DNA of 53,638 nucleotides from an uncultured Gammaproteobacteria bacterium (GTDB lineage Bacteria; Patescibacteriota; Microgenomatia; Woykebacterales; RBG-16-39-9b), in contig CAYHXX010000001.1 in NCBI GenBank assembly GCA_964360785.1, positions 204,549 to 258,186 of the forward strand, written 5' to 3'. This document shows, piece by piece, positions 37,923-47,761 of this stretch (position 1 is its first letter; the number at the start of each line of letters is the position of its first letter). The notes beneath the pieces were generated by a model, which saw only the letters and a program-made list of their open reading frames with translations, did not search any database and was not told where the DNA came from. A program made the translations under genes and the position numbers.

Positions 37923-38006
37923 AAATATTTGTTTTTTCAGAAATTGCTAGGGCAAGCTTGAGCAAGGCAAAATCCGTTTCTCGGGCGGGGAGAATTTGGA
38001 GATCTC

Positions 38007-38037
38007 AGTATACTCTGACCTCTAGGAAATGTGTCAA
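38007..38037 (-). promoter_or_regulatory. Putative tasA promoter with long spacer
   Basis: TTGACA-19-TATACT. Confidence 0.45.
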
Positions 38038-38165
38038 GAGGATCTTTTTGTATCAAATTAAACTAGCCTAGCAAGCACTTTAGGTTCAGTTCGAATCACC
38101 CAACAACCTAACAGCCTATCCTATACAAGAAAAATTTATGCCACAGAAAAAACCCGCTTGCGAGT

Positions 38166-38495
38166 TTACTGCGAACGGGCTTGTTTGAGTATTTCGTTCA
38201 CGCCTGCCAATACTTCTGCAGAATCCGGAAGAACAAACGCTGGTTTATCTTCCTGCTTTGGCACGAGGCAAAAGTTTCCCCTGATATCCTGGAGATCAAG
38301 TCTTGGAAATTCCAGGTCTAGCTGCCCTAGCTGCCCACAAAAGATGCAGCAAATATCCAACACGAGAATCCCACAGCTCTGATCGCTCTCCTCGGAGTAT
38401 TTGAACGCTTGTGAACTCAAAGATCTCGAGCAGTACCTACATTCCATTGGGTACTCACTCAAGATATGCTCAACAGCGATCCGTAAGAAATCCAT
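38166..38495 (-). CDS. Small Cys-rich hypothetical protein (possible Zn ribbon)
   Basis: CRYC and CIFC pairs; GGAGG RBS; promoter TTGAAA-17-TATTCT; hairpin plus T-tract downstream. Confidence 0.6.
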   Translation of the reverse strand: MDFLRIAVEHILSEYPMECRYCSRSLSSQAFKYSEESDQSCGILVLDICCIFCGQLGQLDLEFPRLDLQDIRGNFCLVPKQEDKPAFVLPDSAEVLAGVNEILKQARSQ

Positions 38496-38857
38496 GATCA
38501 CCCTCCCTATCCCTCTGGGTCTTGGAAACTAGAAGATAGAATAGCGTATAAAAAAACTAATTTCAACCCTATATAAAAAGTGGTTTTTGGAATTTTCAAA
38601 TTAGCATTCAAACTAGTACGACTGCTAGATTTCGGATGCCTAGCAGAACTTCATTTGTATATATTTCGGGTGATAAAGGGTAATTTTGGCAAATAAATAG
38701 TGTCTAATAATTTGGTCCTTTTTCATAGCCGCAAATTATCATCCACACATAAAGTGAGTTGTAGTCTATAAGCCTACAGGGTAGGGCTTTATTGATACAA
38801 ATATATTCCTACTAAAATTGGTTGTCAATAGGGTATTTTTTTACCAAAAACTGGTTG

Positions 38858-38971
38858 AGAAACAAACAATCCGCCTTTCTTGGCGGACTGTCTGATGTAC
38901 CGAACGAAAAAAAAAGATTTATTGCTGCTTTTTCCTTCGTAGGGGAAAAAGCATATCTGCTGTCCAGATAT
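38858..38971 (-). ncRNA. Candidate small non-coding RNA
   Basis: Promoter TTGACA-17-TAAATT (39004-38976), three hairpins, the last terminator-like; no convincing ORF. Confidence 0.45.
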
Positions 38972-39043
38972 TAATAATTTAAAGGAAATCAGTTTTTTTG
39001 TCAACCCAAACAAACGATAAATTACTAGATCACTGTTCAGAAA

Positions 39044-40840
39044 TCACTTCTCCCAGCAATCAGAAATGTGGACATCGACTTTTATTGGGACTAGCTTCAG
39101 TAACTTCTTTCCAGCCTCAATCATCTTTTCCTCCACCATCTTGGCCACTTCATCAGCGATATCTGCCCGAGCCTCGGTCACAATCTCGTCATGGACTGTA
39201 TGAATCAGATAAGCATCATAGTTTTTCTCTTTTATAGTATCGGCAATGTAAACAAGCGCATACTTAGTAATATCAGCACTGGTCCCTTGAATTGGCATAT
39301 TCTTCCCTTGGCGTTCAATCGAGCTAATCAACTTCTGATAGTCTGGGTCTGTCTTGTCCGGCATGATAAAACTTCGCTTACGACCGCCTAAAGTTCTTAC
39401 GTACCCATACCGCAGCGCATCCCGACCCATATTATCCAACCACCTTTTGACCTTCTTGTAGGTAGAAAAATAAACATCAAGCAGCTTTCGGGAATCCTCC
39501 ACCGACAAACCGATCTGTAGACCCAACGAAGCCGGTCCGCGACCATACATCAGTCCAAAGTTGATCGACTTCGCTTGAAATCGTTTCTCTTTGTCGACTT
39601 TGTCTATCGGCATACGAAACATTTGTGACGCAGTCAAAGTATGCAGATCAACATCTTTATTGAAGGCCTCTAAAAAGGCTGGGTCCTCGCTAACCTCAGC
39701 CATTATCCGCAGTTCAATCTGAGAATAATCAGCAGTGATCAGCTTGTAACCGTCGGAGGCGATAAAACAGCTTCGGAAACCAGACTCAGCTGGAATCTGC
39801 TGTAGATTTGGATTGTTACAAGCAAAGCGGCCCGTGTCTGCTCCAAGCTGAATAAAATCAGGGTGCAAGCGCTTGTCTAGGGGGTGAATTTTTTCAAGTA
39901 TCGACTCTCCAAAAGATGTGATCATTTTTTCATAACCACGATATTCCAGTAACTTCTTTGCCGTCGGATGATCAGTTTTAGAAAGAGTTGCCTCGGAAGT
40001 ATTCGGTAGCTCAACTCCAAGCTTCTTAAAAGTATCTAAAAGCTGTAAGGGGCTATCGAGATTTATGGAATCGCTCACATTACCAAAAAGGTCGACTTGG
40101 GAATAGTTGACCAGATGACGCAGCTCATCCTGAATTTCTTTATTACTTGCATTTCGCTTTTCAGCTAGTTCCGCTATATGCGCTCGCCATTTCTTCTGAT
40201 CAATCAGAGAACCACGAAGCTCCATCTCGGCAACTACTGGAACTACGGCAAATTCAAGCTTGGCGGTTTCTACCAGATCGTCTTCCTGGAGAATCTTAAA
40301 TTGTTTTCGAAATATTTCGTGTAAAATTAGAGCGTCCCGAGCGGCATATTCCAACTGTTCTTTGGTAAACTTGCCATGCAAAGCTGGGTTTCCAGGTTCA
40401 TAAAAAGACTCGCGGATTGTCTTATCGAGTTTGATTCCTAGATATTTGTCAGCCAGAGCCCGCAACGAAATTTCTCTGGAAAGACCACAAGTAATAATTC
40501 TCTCGGCCAGCATTGTGTCATAAACTGTCCCCAAGGTGATCCCCGCTTGGGCTTTGAGGATTGAGTAGTCAAATTTTGCATTTTGGGCGATCTTGAGCGG
40601 CCGTACAGCTTCCAAAACAGGCTTAAGTGGCGAAAGTTCTACTTTTGTACAATCAACAACGAAAGCTTTTTCCCCAACAGCTATTTGGAGCAAAAGTAAC
40701 CTGGAAGTGAGTGGGTCTAGCTTTGTCCCTTCAGTATCCAACCCAATTGTTTGCACCTTCTCGATCTCGGGCAAGATTTTTACTAGCTCATCTTGAGTCT
40801 CAATTAGTTGAAAATTTGTTTGAGCTGTTTGAGTTTCCAC
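39044..40840 (-). CDS. polA: Family A DNA polymerase, 3'-5' exonuclease + polymerase only (no 5'-3' exonuclease)
   Basis: GLDTEG ExoI, YAARD ExoIII, DYSQIELR motif A, KSINFGLMYG motif B, VHDE motif C; 598 aa. Confidence 0.93.
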   Translation of the reverse strand: METQTAQTNFQLIETQDELVKILPEIEKVQTIGLDTEGTKLDPLTSRLLLLQIAVGEKAFVVDCTKVELSPLKPVLEAVRPLKIAQNAKFDYSILKAQAGITLGTVYDTMLAERIITCGLSREISLRALADKYLGIKLDKTIRESFYEPGNPALHGKFTKEQLEYAARDALILHEIFRKQFKILQEDDLVETAKLEFAVVPVVAEMELRGSLIDQKKWRAHIAELAEKRNASNKEIQDELRHLVNYSQVDLFGNVSDSINLDSPLQLLDTFKKLGVELPNTSEATLSKTDHPTAKKLLEYRGYEKMITSFGESILEKIHPLDKRLHPDFIQLGADTGRFACNNPNLQQIPAESGFRSCFIASDGYKLITADYSQIELRIMAEVSEDPAFLEAFNKDVDLHTLTASQMFRMPIDKVDKEKRFQAKSINFGLMYGRGPASLGLQIGLSVEDSRKLLDVYFSTYKKVKRWLDNMGRDALRYGYVRTLGGRKRSFIMPDKTDPDYQKLISSIERQGKNMPIQGTSADITKYALVYIADTIKEKNYDAYLIHTVHDEIVTEARADIADEVAKMVEEKMIEAGKKLLKLVPIKVDVHISDCWEK

Positions 40841-40847
40841 GTAAATT

Positions 40848-42320
40848 TTATTTTAGTTTTTTAATCAGAAGTTCCCGCAAAGAATTCGGGTTGGCACTAC
40901 CTTTACTCTTGCGCATTACTTGTCCTAAGAGAAATTGTAGAGAACTATCCTTACCAGCTTTGAAATCAGTTACTGCCTTTTCATTTTCCGCTATAACCTC
41001 AGCAATAAATTTATCAAGCTCCCCTTCGTCGGAAACTTGTTTCAGACCAAGCTCTTCGATAATTTTTGTCGGCATCTCCCCACTCTCCAGCATTTTGTTG
41101 AAAACTTGCTTAGCCGCTTGATTTGAGAGTTCTCCCTTATCAATCAACCACAAAAGTTCTGCTAAGGAGGCTGGTTCACATTTCACCTCTCCAACTTGAA
41201 TACCGGATTCATTAAGATAACGATTTAGCTCTCCTAACACCCAATTGGAAACCCTTTTTGCTTTATCAGAATATATCTGGTCATTTTTCGGTTTCTTAGC
41301 CTTTACGTAGTCCTGCAGCGCCTTCTCGTACCATTCTGAGAGTTCTTTAGTTTCGGTAAGTAGGTTAGCTTCATACTCACCCAGAGCAAACTCTACTTGG
41401 AATCTTTCACTCTTTTGATCTGGCAATTCTGGTAACTCTTTCTTAAGCTTCTCGATCAATTCCTCACTCAGAGAAATCGGTGGCAAATCTGGGTCTGGGA
41501 AATAACGATAGTCTGGGGAAGTTTCTTTTGACCTTTGCGACACGGTCTCGCCTTTGGCCTCGACCCAACCACGAGTCTCGTGCACAACCTCTCCGCCCTC
41601 CTCCAACACTTTCTTTTGTCTTTCAATCTCAAAAATTACCGCCTTCTCTAGAAAAGTAAATGAATTAATATTCTTTATCTCCACTTTTGTCCCAAGTTGG
41701 TTTTCACCTTTCTCGCGAATGGAAACATTGGCATCAAACCTCATACCGGCTTTTTCCATATCAACATCTGCAACTGCCACATAACGACAGATTTGGTGAA
41801 TTTTCTTTGCATAGGCTTTGGCTTCCTCTGCAGAACTTAAGTCAGGCTCGGAAACGATCTCAAGCAAGGGCACACTACTGCGATTGAAATCAATCAAACT
41901 TACCTTTTCGTTTCCTACTTGGGCGTGTATCAACTTACCGGTGTCTTCTTCGAGGTGAGCTCTGTTGATTCTAACTTTCTTTTCACCAACCAGGACCCAA
42001 CCTTCCACATTTATTGGCTGCTCAAACTGTGTGATTTGATAACCTTTGGGTAAATCAGGATAAAAATAACTCTTACGGTCAAATTTATTTTCCCGATTGA
42101 TCTTGCAGTTTAAAGCAAGTCCAACTTTGACCGAATTTTCAATGGCCTTCTGATTTGGAACCGGCAAAGCCCCCGGCAACCCAAGGCAAGTTGGACAAAC
42201 ATGAGTATTTGGCTTTGAACCAAAATAGTCTGCACTTGAAGTACAAAACATCTTACTCTCAGTTTTTAGTTGGACATGAATCTCAAGTCCAATTACCTGT
42301 TCGTATTCTTTGTTCATCAC
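40848..42320 (-). CDS. gatB: Asp/Glu-tRNA amidotransferase subunit B
   Basis: IGLEIHVQL, YFYPDLPKGYQI, DYRYFPDPDL. Confidence 0.98.
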   Translation of the reverse strand: MMNKEYEQVIGLEIHVQLKTESKMFCTSSADYFGSKPNTHVCPTCLGLPGALPVPNQKAIENSVKVGLALNCKINRENKFDRKSYFYPDLPKGYQITQFEQPINVEGWVLVGEKKVRINRAHLEEDTGKLIHAQVGNEKVSLIDFNRSSVPLLEIVSEPDLSSAEEAKAYAKKIHQICRYVAVADVDMEKAGMRFDANVSIREKGENQLGTKVEIKNINSFTFLEKAVIFEIERQKKVLEEGGEVVHETRGWVEAKGETVSQRSKETSPDYRYFPDPDLPPISLSEELIEKLKKELPELPDQKSERFQVEFALGEYEANLLTETKELSEWYEKALQDYVKAKKPKNDQIYSDKAKRVSNWVLGELNRYLNESGIQVGEVKCEPASLAELLWLIDKGELSNQAAKQVFNKMLESGEMPTKIIEELGLKQVSDEGELDKFIAEVIAENEKAVTDFKAGKDSSLQFLLGQVMRKSKGSANPNSLRELLIKKLK

Positions 42321-42715
42321 AATGCTCCCAACTTGACTAAACCAGCCTTAAATTTCTCCAGGACATCATTTATTTGCGAACTTGGTAGTTCAAAATTCAG
42401 GTTGTGAACCAGCTCGTTTCTCACCTTATGGGCAAACCAGAGAGAGTCATAGAGTTCGTAGTCCCCAACAAACTTATCTTTGGCAACTTTCAAACGCTCG
42501 CCGGTGGTAGATAGTTTGGGATACATTTTGGACAAAACAAATTCAAGAATCTTGTCAGCATCAATGACCGCAGAACGGTAGTTGGATGGTTTACCAAAGC
42601 CAACCTGTTCTTCGACCTTTATCCACATTTCGGTTGCAGTCCGCCGATCCATCAGACTTAAGTAACCCTCAGAATTAAAGCTTCTTTTACCAAACAAACC
42701 CGAGAAAAATCCCAT
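42317..42715 (-). CDS. Hypothetical helical protein inside the gat operon
   Basis: AVIDADKILE...GERLK...W.AHKVRNELVH; overlaps both neighbours. Confidence 0.8.
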   Translation of the reverse strand: MGFFSGLFGKRSFNSEGYLSLMDRRTATEMWIKVEEQVGFGKPSNYRSAVIDADKILEFVLSKMYPKLSTTGERLKVAKDKFVGDYELYDSLWFAHKVRNELVHNLNFELPSSQINDVLEKFKAGLVKLGAL

Positions 42716-44130
42716 CAAAAACCCTCCGGGCGCTTTTTATAAAAATTTGTTTCTTGTTCAAAAGCAAAAGCAGCTGAAATTAATTTCTCCTCTTCGAAAT
42801 GATTTGTTGTAATTTGTAACCCGACTGGCAAATCTCCAACAAAACCGCCTGGAATAGAAATCGCCGGCACCCCAGCTAGGTTCTGTGGCACCGTAAAAAT
42901 ATCACAAAGATACATCTGAAGTGGATCATCTATCTTTTCACCAATTTTAAAAGGCAGTATTGGCGAAGTCGGACCAATTATAAAATCAACTTTTTTAAAA
43001 GCCTCCTGGAAGTCTTCAAAAATCAAACGGCGAACTTTAGCTGCCTTGAGATAGTAGGCATCATAATAACCTGAAGAAAGCGAGTAGGTACCCAGCATGA
43101 TTCTACGTTTAGCTTCGGCTCCAAAATGGTCACGGCTCTTGCCAAAACGTACACCATCATAACGTGCCAGGTTTGTGCTTACCTCTGAACTCATGACTAG
43201 GTAATAGACCGGTACTGCTTGTTCAGACCGCGGTAAGCTGATATCTACCAACTCTCCACCCAGGTTCTCGATGACCTTACAATCTGAGAGAAAAACCTCT
43301 TTAACCTTTGGGTCAATACCTTCGGCCAAATATTCCTTGGGAACACCAAACTTCAAACCTTTGATGTCTTTACCAACGGCTTTTGAATAATCCGGTAACT
43401 CTTTCTTAACTGAAGTGGCATCTCTCGGGTCATAACCAGCAATAATATTTAAAACCAAAGCTGCATCTTCAACCGTAGTTGTTACAGGACCAGCTTGATC
43501 CAAAGAGTTGCCCATGGGAATTATGCCGTAACGACTGACGCGGCCATAAGTCGGCTTCAACCCAACCACGTTGCAGAACGAGGCTGGCTGACGAACACTT
43601 CCTCCAGTATCTGTACCCAATGAATAAGGCACTAACCCTGCGCCCACTGCTGCCGCCGAACCTCCACTGGTACCACCAGGCACCCTTTCTGCGTCATATG
43701 GGTTCTTTGTTATCTGGTAAGCCGAATTTTCAGTCGAGCCTCCCATTGCAAACTCATCACAGTTGTTTTTCCCGATCATTACTCCTTTAACTGAAGTAAG
43801 ACTCTCATAAACTTTAGCACTGTAAGGTGGGATAAAGTTTTCTAAGATTTTTGAAGCAGCGGTAGTCGGTACATCCTTGGTAACTATCACATCTTTAATC
43901 CCAAAAGGGATTCCTGTGAGCCAGCAGATTTCGTTCTCCGTGGCGATAAGATGATCAGCGGCTTCAGCCTGTTTCACAGCGAGATCTTCGGAAAAACGTA
44001 AAAAAGAGCTTATCTTATTGTCTTGTTCCTTTGCGTTATTTAAAGTTTCCTTTGCTAGCTCAACTGCGGAAAATTCCTTCTTTTTTAAACCTTCATGCAG
44101 TCCTCGTATAGTCAAATTCCTGGTTTTCAT
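42715..44130 (-). CDS. gatA: Asp/Glu-tRNA amidotransferase subunit A
   Basis: Amidase signature GGTSGGSAAAV, GTDTGGSVRQPA, RRIMLGT. Confidence 0.98.
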   Translation of the reverse strand: MKTRNLTIRGLHEGLKKKEFSAVELAKETLNNAKEQDNKISSFLRFSEDLAVKQAEAADHLIATENEICWLTGIPFGIKDVIVTKDVPTTAASKILENFIPPYSAKVYESLTSVKGVMIGKNNCDEFAMGGSTENSAYQITKNPYDAERVPGGTSGGSAAAVGAGLVPYSLGTDTGGSVRQPASFCNVVGLKPTYGRVSRYGIIPMGNSLDQAGPVTTTVEDAALVLNIIAGYDPRDATSVKKELPDYSKAVGKDIKGLKFGVPKEYLAEGIDPKVKEVFLSDCKVIENLGGELVDISLPRSEQAVPVYYLVMSSEVSTNLARYDGVRFGKSRDHFGAEAKRRIMLGTYSLSSGYYDAYYLKAAKVRRLIFEDFQEAFKKVDFIIGPTSPILPFKIGEKIDDPLQMYLCDIFTVPQNLAGVPAISIPGGFVGDLPVGLQITTNHFEEEKLISAAFAFEQETNFYKKRPEGF

Positions 44131-44423
44131 GATTGGTCGAGTATTTGTTTAACTTTAAAGAAACCGTTGTGTTTTTCTTTAGCGTTTTGTAGTGCCTGGT
44201 CCTGAGAAAGTCCAGATTCTGGTGAATCTGCACGTGAAGTATTCGTCAGGCCAGAAACGTTCAAAAGTGGTTCAATAGAATTTGTATCGACTTTATTAAG
44301 CTGTTCAACATTGTAGTCAATAACCTCAGAGAGCTGCTTTGTAAACTTCTCGATTTCGGCCTCTTCAAGGTTTAAATTTGCCAATTTGGCGATTTTTTTT
44401 ACCTGTTCGATTTTTACACTCAT
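44127..44423 (-). CDS. gatC: Asp/Glu-tRNA amidotransferase subunit C
   Basis: VKKIAKLANL, LNKVDT, RAD, FKV; position before gatA. Confidence 0.93.
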   Translation of the reverse strand: MSVKIEQVKKIAKLANLNLEEAEIEKFTKQLSEVIDYNVEQLNKVDTNSIEPLLNVSGLTNTSRADSPESGLSQDQALQNAKEKHNGFFKVKQILDQS

Positions 44424-45352
44424 TGCATTGCTCTCAAAACTTTTACCCGTTCCTCTATTGGTGGGTGGGTATTAAATAAACTCGCAAACCAGCTTACTCC
44501 ACCTTGTTGTTTGTTCTTAAATGGGTTGGCGATATACAAATGGGCTGTCCCCTTGTTTGCTACCTCCAACGGTTCTTTGTCAGCTGCTATCTTCACTAGA
44601 GCATCGGCCAGGCTATCGGGATTACGGGTCAACACTGCCCCCGAAGCATCTGCCAAAAACTCCCTTTGCCGACTAACTGCAAGCTGAATCAGCTGGGCAA
44701 TTATAGGTGAAAGTATAGCTAGTATAAAAGCTACCAAAATAAATATACCTTGGACACTGTTTGAATTATCGTTGCGTCGCCTGCCCCCGCCCCACCACAT
44801 CATCCGAAAGAACATATCAGCCAGTAACGCCACTAAACCTACCAGAATAGTGACTACAGCCATAACTCTAATATCAAAATTTTTTACATGCGAAAGCTCA
44901 TGTGCTGCTACACCCTCAAGTTCAAGTCGATTTAGTTTTTGAAGAATCCCACTTGTAAAAACAACAGCAGAATGCTCTGGATCTCTACCAGTGGCAAAAG
45001 CGTTTGGTGCTGTATCCTCAATTATGTAAACTTTGGGCATTGGCAAACCAGTGGCAATACTAAGATTCTCAACTACTCGGAAAAGTTCTGGGGCTTCGTT
45101 TTTGGTTATTTGATGGGCTTGAGAAATAGTCAGAATTATGGAGTCAGAAAAGTAAAATGATGCAAAGTTCATTACCAAAGCAAATAGTAGAAATATTGTT
45201 ACAAAACCAACAGATTCTGTTTGTGTGTAACCCAAAGCGTATGTAAACACATAAGCAACTACAGCCACAAACAGTGTAAAGAGAAACATTATTAACCAAG
45301 TCTTAAATTTGTTTGCCGATACTTGGTTGTATGCGGTCTTAATTGTGCTCAT
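44420..45352 (-). CDS. htpX: HtpX-like M48 zinc metalloprotease
   Basis: PNAFATG, HELSH, SRQREFLAD, THPP; start set at ATG 45352. Confidence 0.95.
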   Translation of the reverse strand: MSTIKTAYNQVSANKFKTWLIMFLFTLFVAVVAYVFTYALGYTQTESVGFVTIFLLFALVMNFASFYFSDSIILTISQAHQITKNEAPELFRVVENLSIATGLPMPKVYIIEDTAPNAFATGRDPEHSAVVFTSGILQKLNRLELEGVAAHELSHVKNFDIRVMAVVTILVGLVALLADMFFRMMWWGGGRRRNDNSNSVQGIFILVAFILAILSPIIAQLIQLAVSRQREFLADASGAVLTRNPDSLADALVKIAADKEPLEVANKGTAHLYIANPFKNKQQGGVSWFASLFNTHPPIEERVKVLRAMQ

Positions 45353-45429
45353 CTTTGTTAGGGTTCGAAAACAGGAAAAAGACGTGAACTTTCTCACGCT
45401 CTTTCAAACGACCTACTCTTTTAGAATCG

Positions 45430-45981
45430 TTAGAATTTCACTGCTACTGGTTTCTTATCAGCTTCTTCTGCTTCAAAGAAAACTTCCGCTTTAAACCCAA
45501 ACATACCTGCTACTATATTTGAAGGTACTGTTTGAATCTTAGTGTTGTAGTCGAGTACGTTGGCGTTGTAGAACTGTCTTGAGGCAGCAATCTTTGTTTC
45601 TGTATCAGACAATTCCTGCTGCAGTTCTTTAAAGTTATCCGAAGCTTTAAGTTCCGGATAAGCTTCAGCAACTGCGAAAAGTGATTTCAAAGCACCTGTC
45701 AGCATATTGTCAGCTGCTTCCGCTTCTTTGGCTCCAGTAGCAGACATCATTGCCGAACGAGCTTTGGTAACGTTTTCGAAAACTTCTTTTTCGTGCTTGG
45801 CGTAACCTTTAACAGATTCGACTAGGTTTGGAATCAAGTCTGTGCGTCTTTTTAGTTGGACATCAATCCCACTCCAACTCTCTTTGACTCGATTTCTGGC
45901 TGTTATCAAACCATTGTAGATTCCAAATACAAAAAGCAACACCGCAACTGCTACGACTACTAAAATTATTAGGACTGGCAA
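45430..45981 (-). CDS. lemA: LemA family protein
   Basis: [28 protein letters not shown]. Confidence 0.96.
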   Translation of the reverse strand: MPVLIILVVVAVAVLLFVFGIYNGLITARNRVKESWSGIDVQLKRRTDLIPNLVESVKGYAKHEKEVFENVTKARSAMMSATGAKEAEAADNMLTGALKSLFAVAEAYPELKASDNFKELQQELSDTETKIAASRQFYNANVLDYNTKIQTVPSNIVAGMFGFKAEVFFEAEEADKKPVAVKF

Positions 45982-46057
45982 GTAAATTCACCTCCTTTTA
46001 GGTTAATCTTTGAGCTTGTTTTTCGAGGAAAACAAAACTCCATTTGAACTCGAGAGT

Positions 46058-47761
46058 TTACTCTCGGAGGTTCATTATATCCTTTAGTTTTTTGTAAGAC
46101 AAGGTATTTATAACCTCTTCTTTCTGCACCCAACCCCGCCGAGCGTTGGCTACACCATACTCCATCAAACTTAAGTGATCAACATGATGAGAATCAGTAT
46201 CAATGCTAAAGCGTACATTAAACTTTTTAGCTTCGCGAATTAACAAATCGGGCAAATCGGTGCGGTTTGGAAACGCGTTTATTTCGATCACTTTACCGTT
46301 GTCAGAGGCAAACTTAAATATCTTTGGCCAATCTGCTTCAATTCCTTCTCTTTCCAACAACAACCTCCCAGTAGGATGGGCAAAAGCATCGACGTGCGGA
46401 TTACTCAAAGCAGTAATTATGCGTCTTGTCATCTCATCCTCAGACTGTCGAAAACTTGTATGGATCGACACCAGGACAAAATCATGTTTGGCAAGTATCT
46501 CGTCCGGTATTTGTAAAGTTGCATCAACATTTATATTTACTTCGAGTCCTTTTATTACTCTGATGTCATCTTGCGAGTAATTATATTGTTCTATCTCCTT
46601 GTTTCGCTTGTCGTACTGTAAGTTTGGGTACGAGTGATCGGTTAGCGCAATGTATTCTCGACCCGGTTGAACCGCCGCTTTAGCCATTTCAGAGATGGAG
46701 TTTTTCCCATCGGTATAGAAAGTGTGAGTATGCAAATCGCCTCTGATATCTGAAAGTTGAATTAATTCGGGTAATTTGTGGTTTGATGCGGCTTCAACCT
46801 CCCCTGTATCTTCCCTTAGTTCTGGGACGGGGTATTCTAAACCAAGTAGCTCGTATACTTTTTCTTCATCCTCCAACTTATGTACTTTATTGCTTCCAAG
46901 CTCTTTAATTCCGTACTCCGAAACGGAAAAACCTTTATCCCTCGCGATCGAACGAATTTTAATGTTGTGATTTTTGCTACCGGTTAGATGCTGAAGTAAA
47001 TTACCGTAAGATTCTACCGATTGCACCATCAAATCAACTCGCAAACCGGTTTTCAAAGAAATAGTCGCAGTCTTGTCCCCCGCCTCCACAACCCTATCTA
47101 CTAGAGGATACTCACAAAAATACTTTATAACCTCTTCTGGAGCCTCAGAGGCTACTGAAATATCTATATCCCCAACTGTGGAAACCATCCTGCGCAAACT
47201 CCCAAGTGTGTCGGCTTTTTTAACCTTTGGATTCTTTTTTAGGTAAGCAATTATTTCTTTGGCTGTTTCCTGAGCAACAGGCAACAGTATGCGATCACTT
47301 TTTCTCCGGTATTCTTCGATTCCTGCTTTGATATTACCGAGGATCTTCTCCGAAAAATCTTTCCCGAGCAAACTTCTCTTATCTATTTTTACCTCCAAGT
47401 CATCAATACTTTTTACACCTGCATCGGTCAGTTTGATAGCTGTTTTTGGTCCAATACCGGCAATTTTCAGAAGTTCAAAAATATTTTTATCGATACCAAC
47501 AAAAGTTTCTTCAAAATGTTTTACTTTGCCTTCGCGGAAAAGTTCATCCAAGTAACCACGCAGGCTCTCTCCTAGACCAGGCACCGAATCCAGCTCTCCA
47601 GTTTCCCACAGAGTTTTGATATCAGAAGGTGAGTTCTCAATTGAATCTGCAGCAAGATCGTATGCACGGATTTGGAATTGGTTTTTGTTTTTAATTTGAT
47701 AAACCGCTGCCACGTTACGCAGTAGTTCGGAGATTTGTTTGTTGGAAAATGAAAAAGCCAT
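46058..47761 (-). CDS. polX: DNA polymerase X / PHP-domain protein
   Basis: GSLRR, GDID, TGSK.HN, PHP motifs HTH, DH, AHPTGR, TDSH. Confidence 0.95.
   Translation of the reverse strand: MAFSFSNKQISELLRNVAAVYQIKNKNQFQIRAYDLAADSIENSPSDIKTLWETGELDSVPGLGESLRGYLDELFREGKVKHFEETFVGIDKNIFELLKIAGIGPKTAIKLTDAGVKSIDDLEVKIDKRSLLGKDFSEKILGNIKAGIEEYRRKSDRILLPVAQETAKEIIAYLKKNPKVKKADTLGSLRRMVSTVGDIDISVASEAPEEVIKYFCEYPLVDRVVEAGDKTATISLKTGLRVDLMVQSVESYGNLLQHLTGSKNHNIKIRSIARDKGFSVSEYGIKELGSNKVHKLEDEEKVYELLGLEYPVPELREDTGEVEAASNHKLPELIQLSDIRGDLHTHTFYTDGKNSISEMAKAAVQPGREYIALTDHSYPNLQYDKRNKEIEQYNYSQDDIRVIKGLEVNINVDATLQIPDEILAKHDFVLVSIHTSFRQSEDEMTRRIITALSNPHVDAFAHPTGRLLLEREGIEADWPKIFKFASDNGKVIEINAFPNRTDLPDLLIREAKKFNVRFSIDTDSHHVDHLSLMEYGVANARRGWVQKEEVINTLSYKKLKDIMNLRE

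Noticed and set aside
37940-37995. c-di-GMP-I riboswitch in the tasA leader
   Set aside because: The GGCAAA-like words are on the antisense strand and the GAAA tetraloop/receptor layout is missing
38700-38830. Replication origin in the 38500-39040 intergenic region
   Set aside because: Only one imperfect DnaA box (TCATCCACA, 38739-38747) and no dnaA/dnaN nearby
38920-38955. SRP RNA (GAAGGAA..GCAGC words)
   Set aside because: Lacks the CAGG/GNRA helix-8 symmetric loop and the long terminal helix
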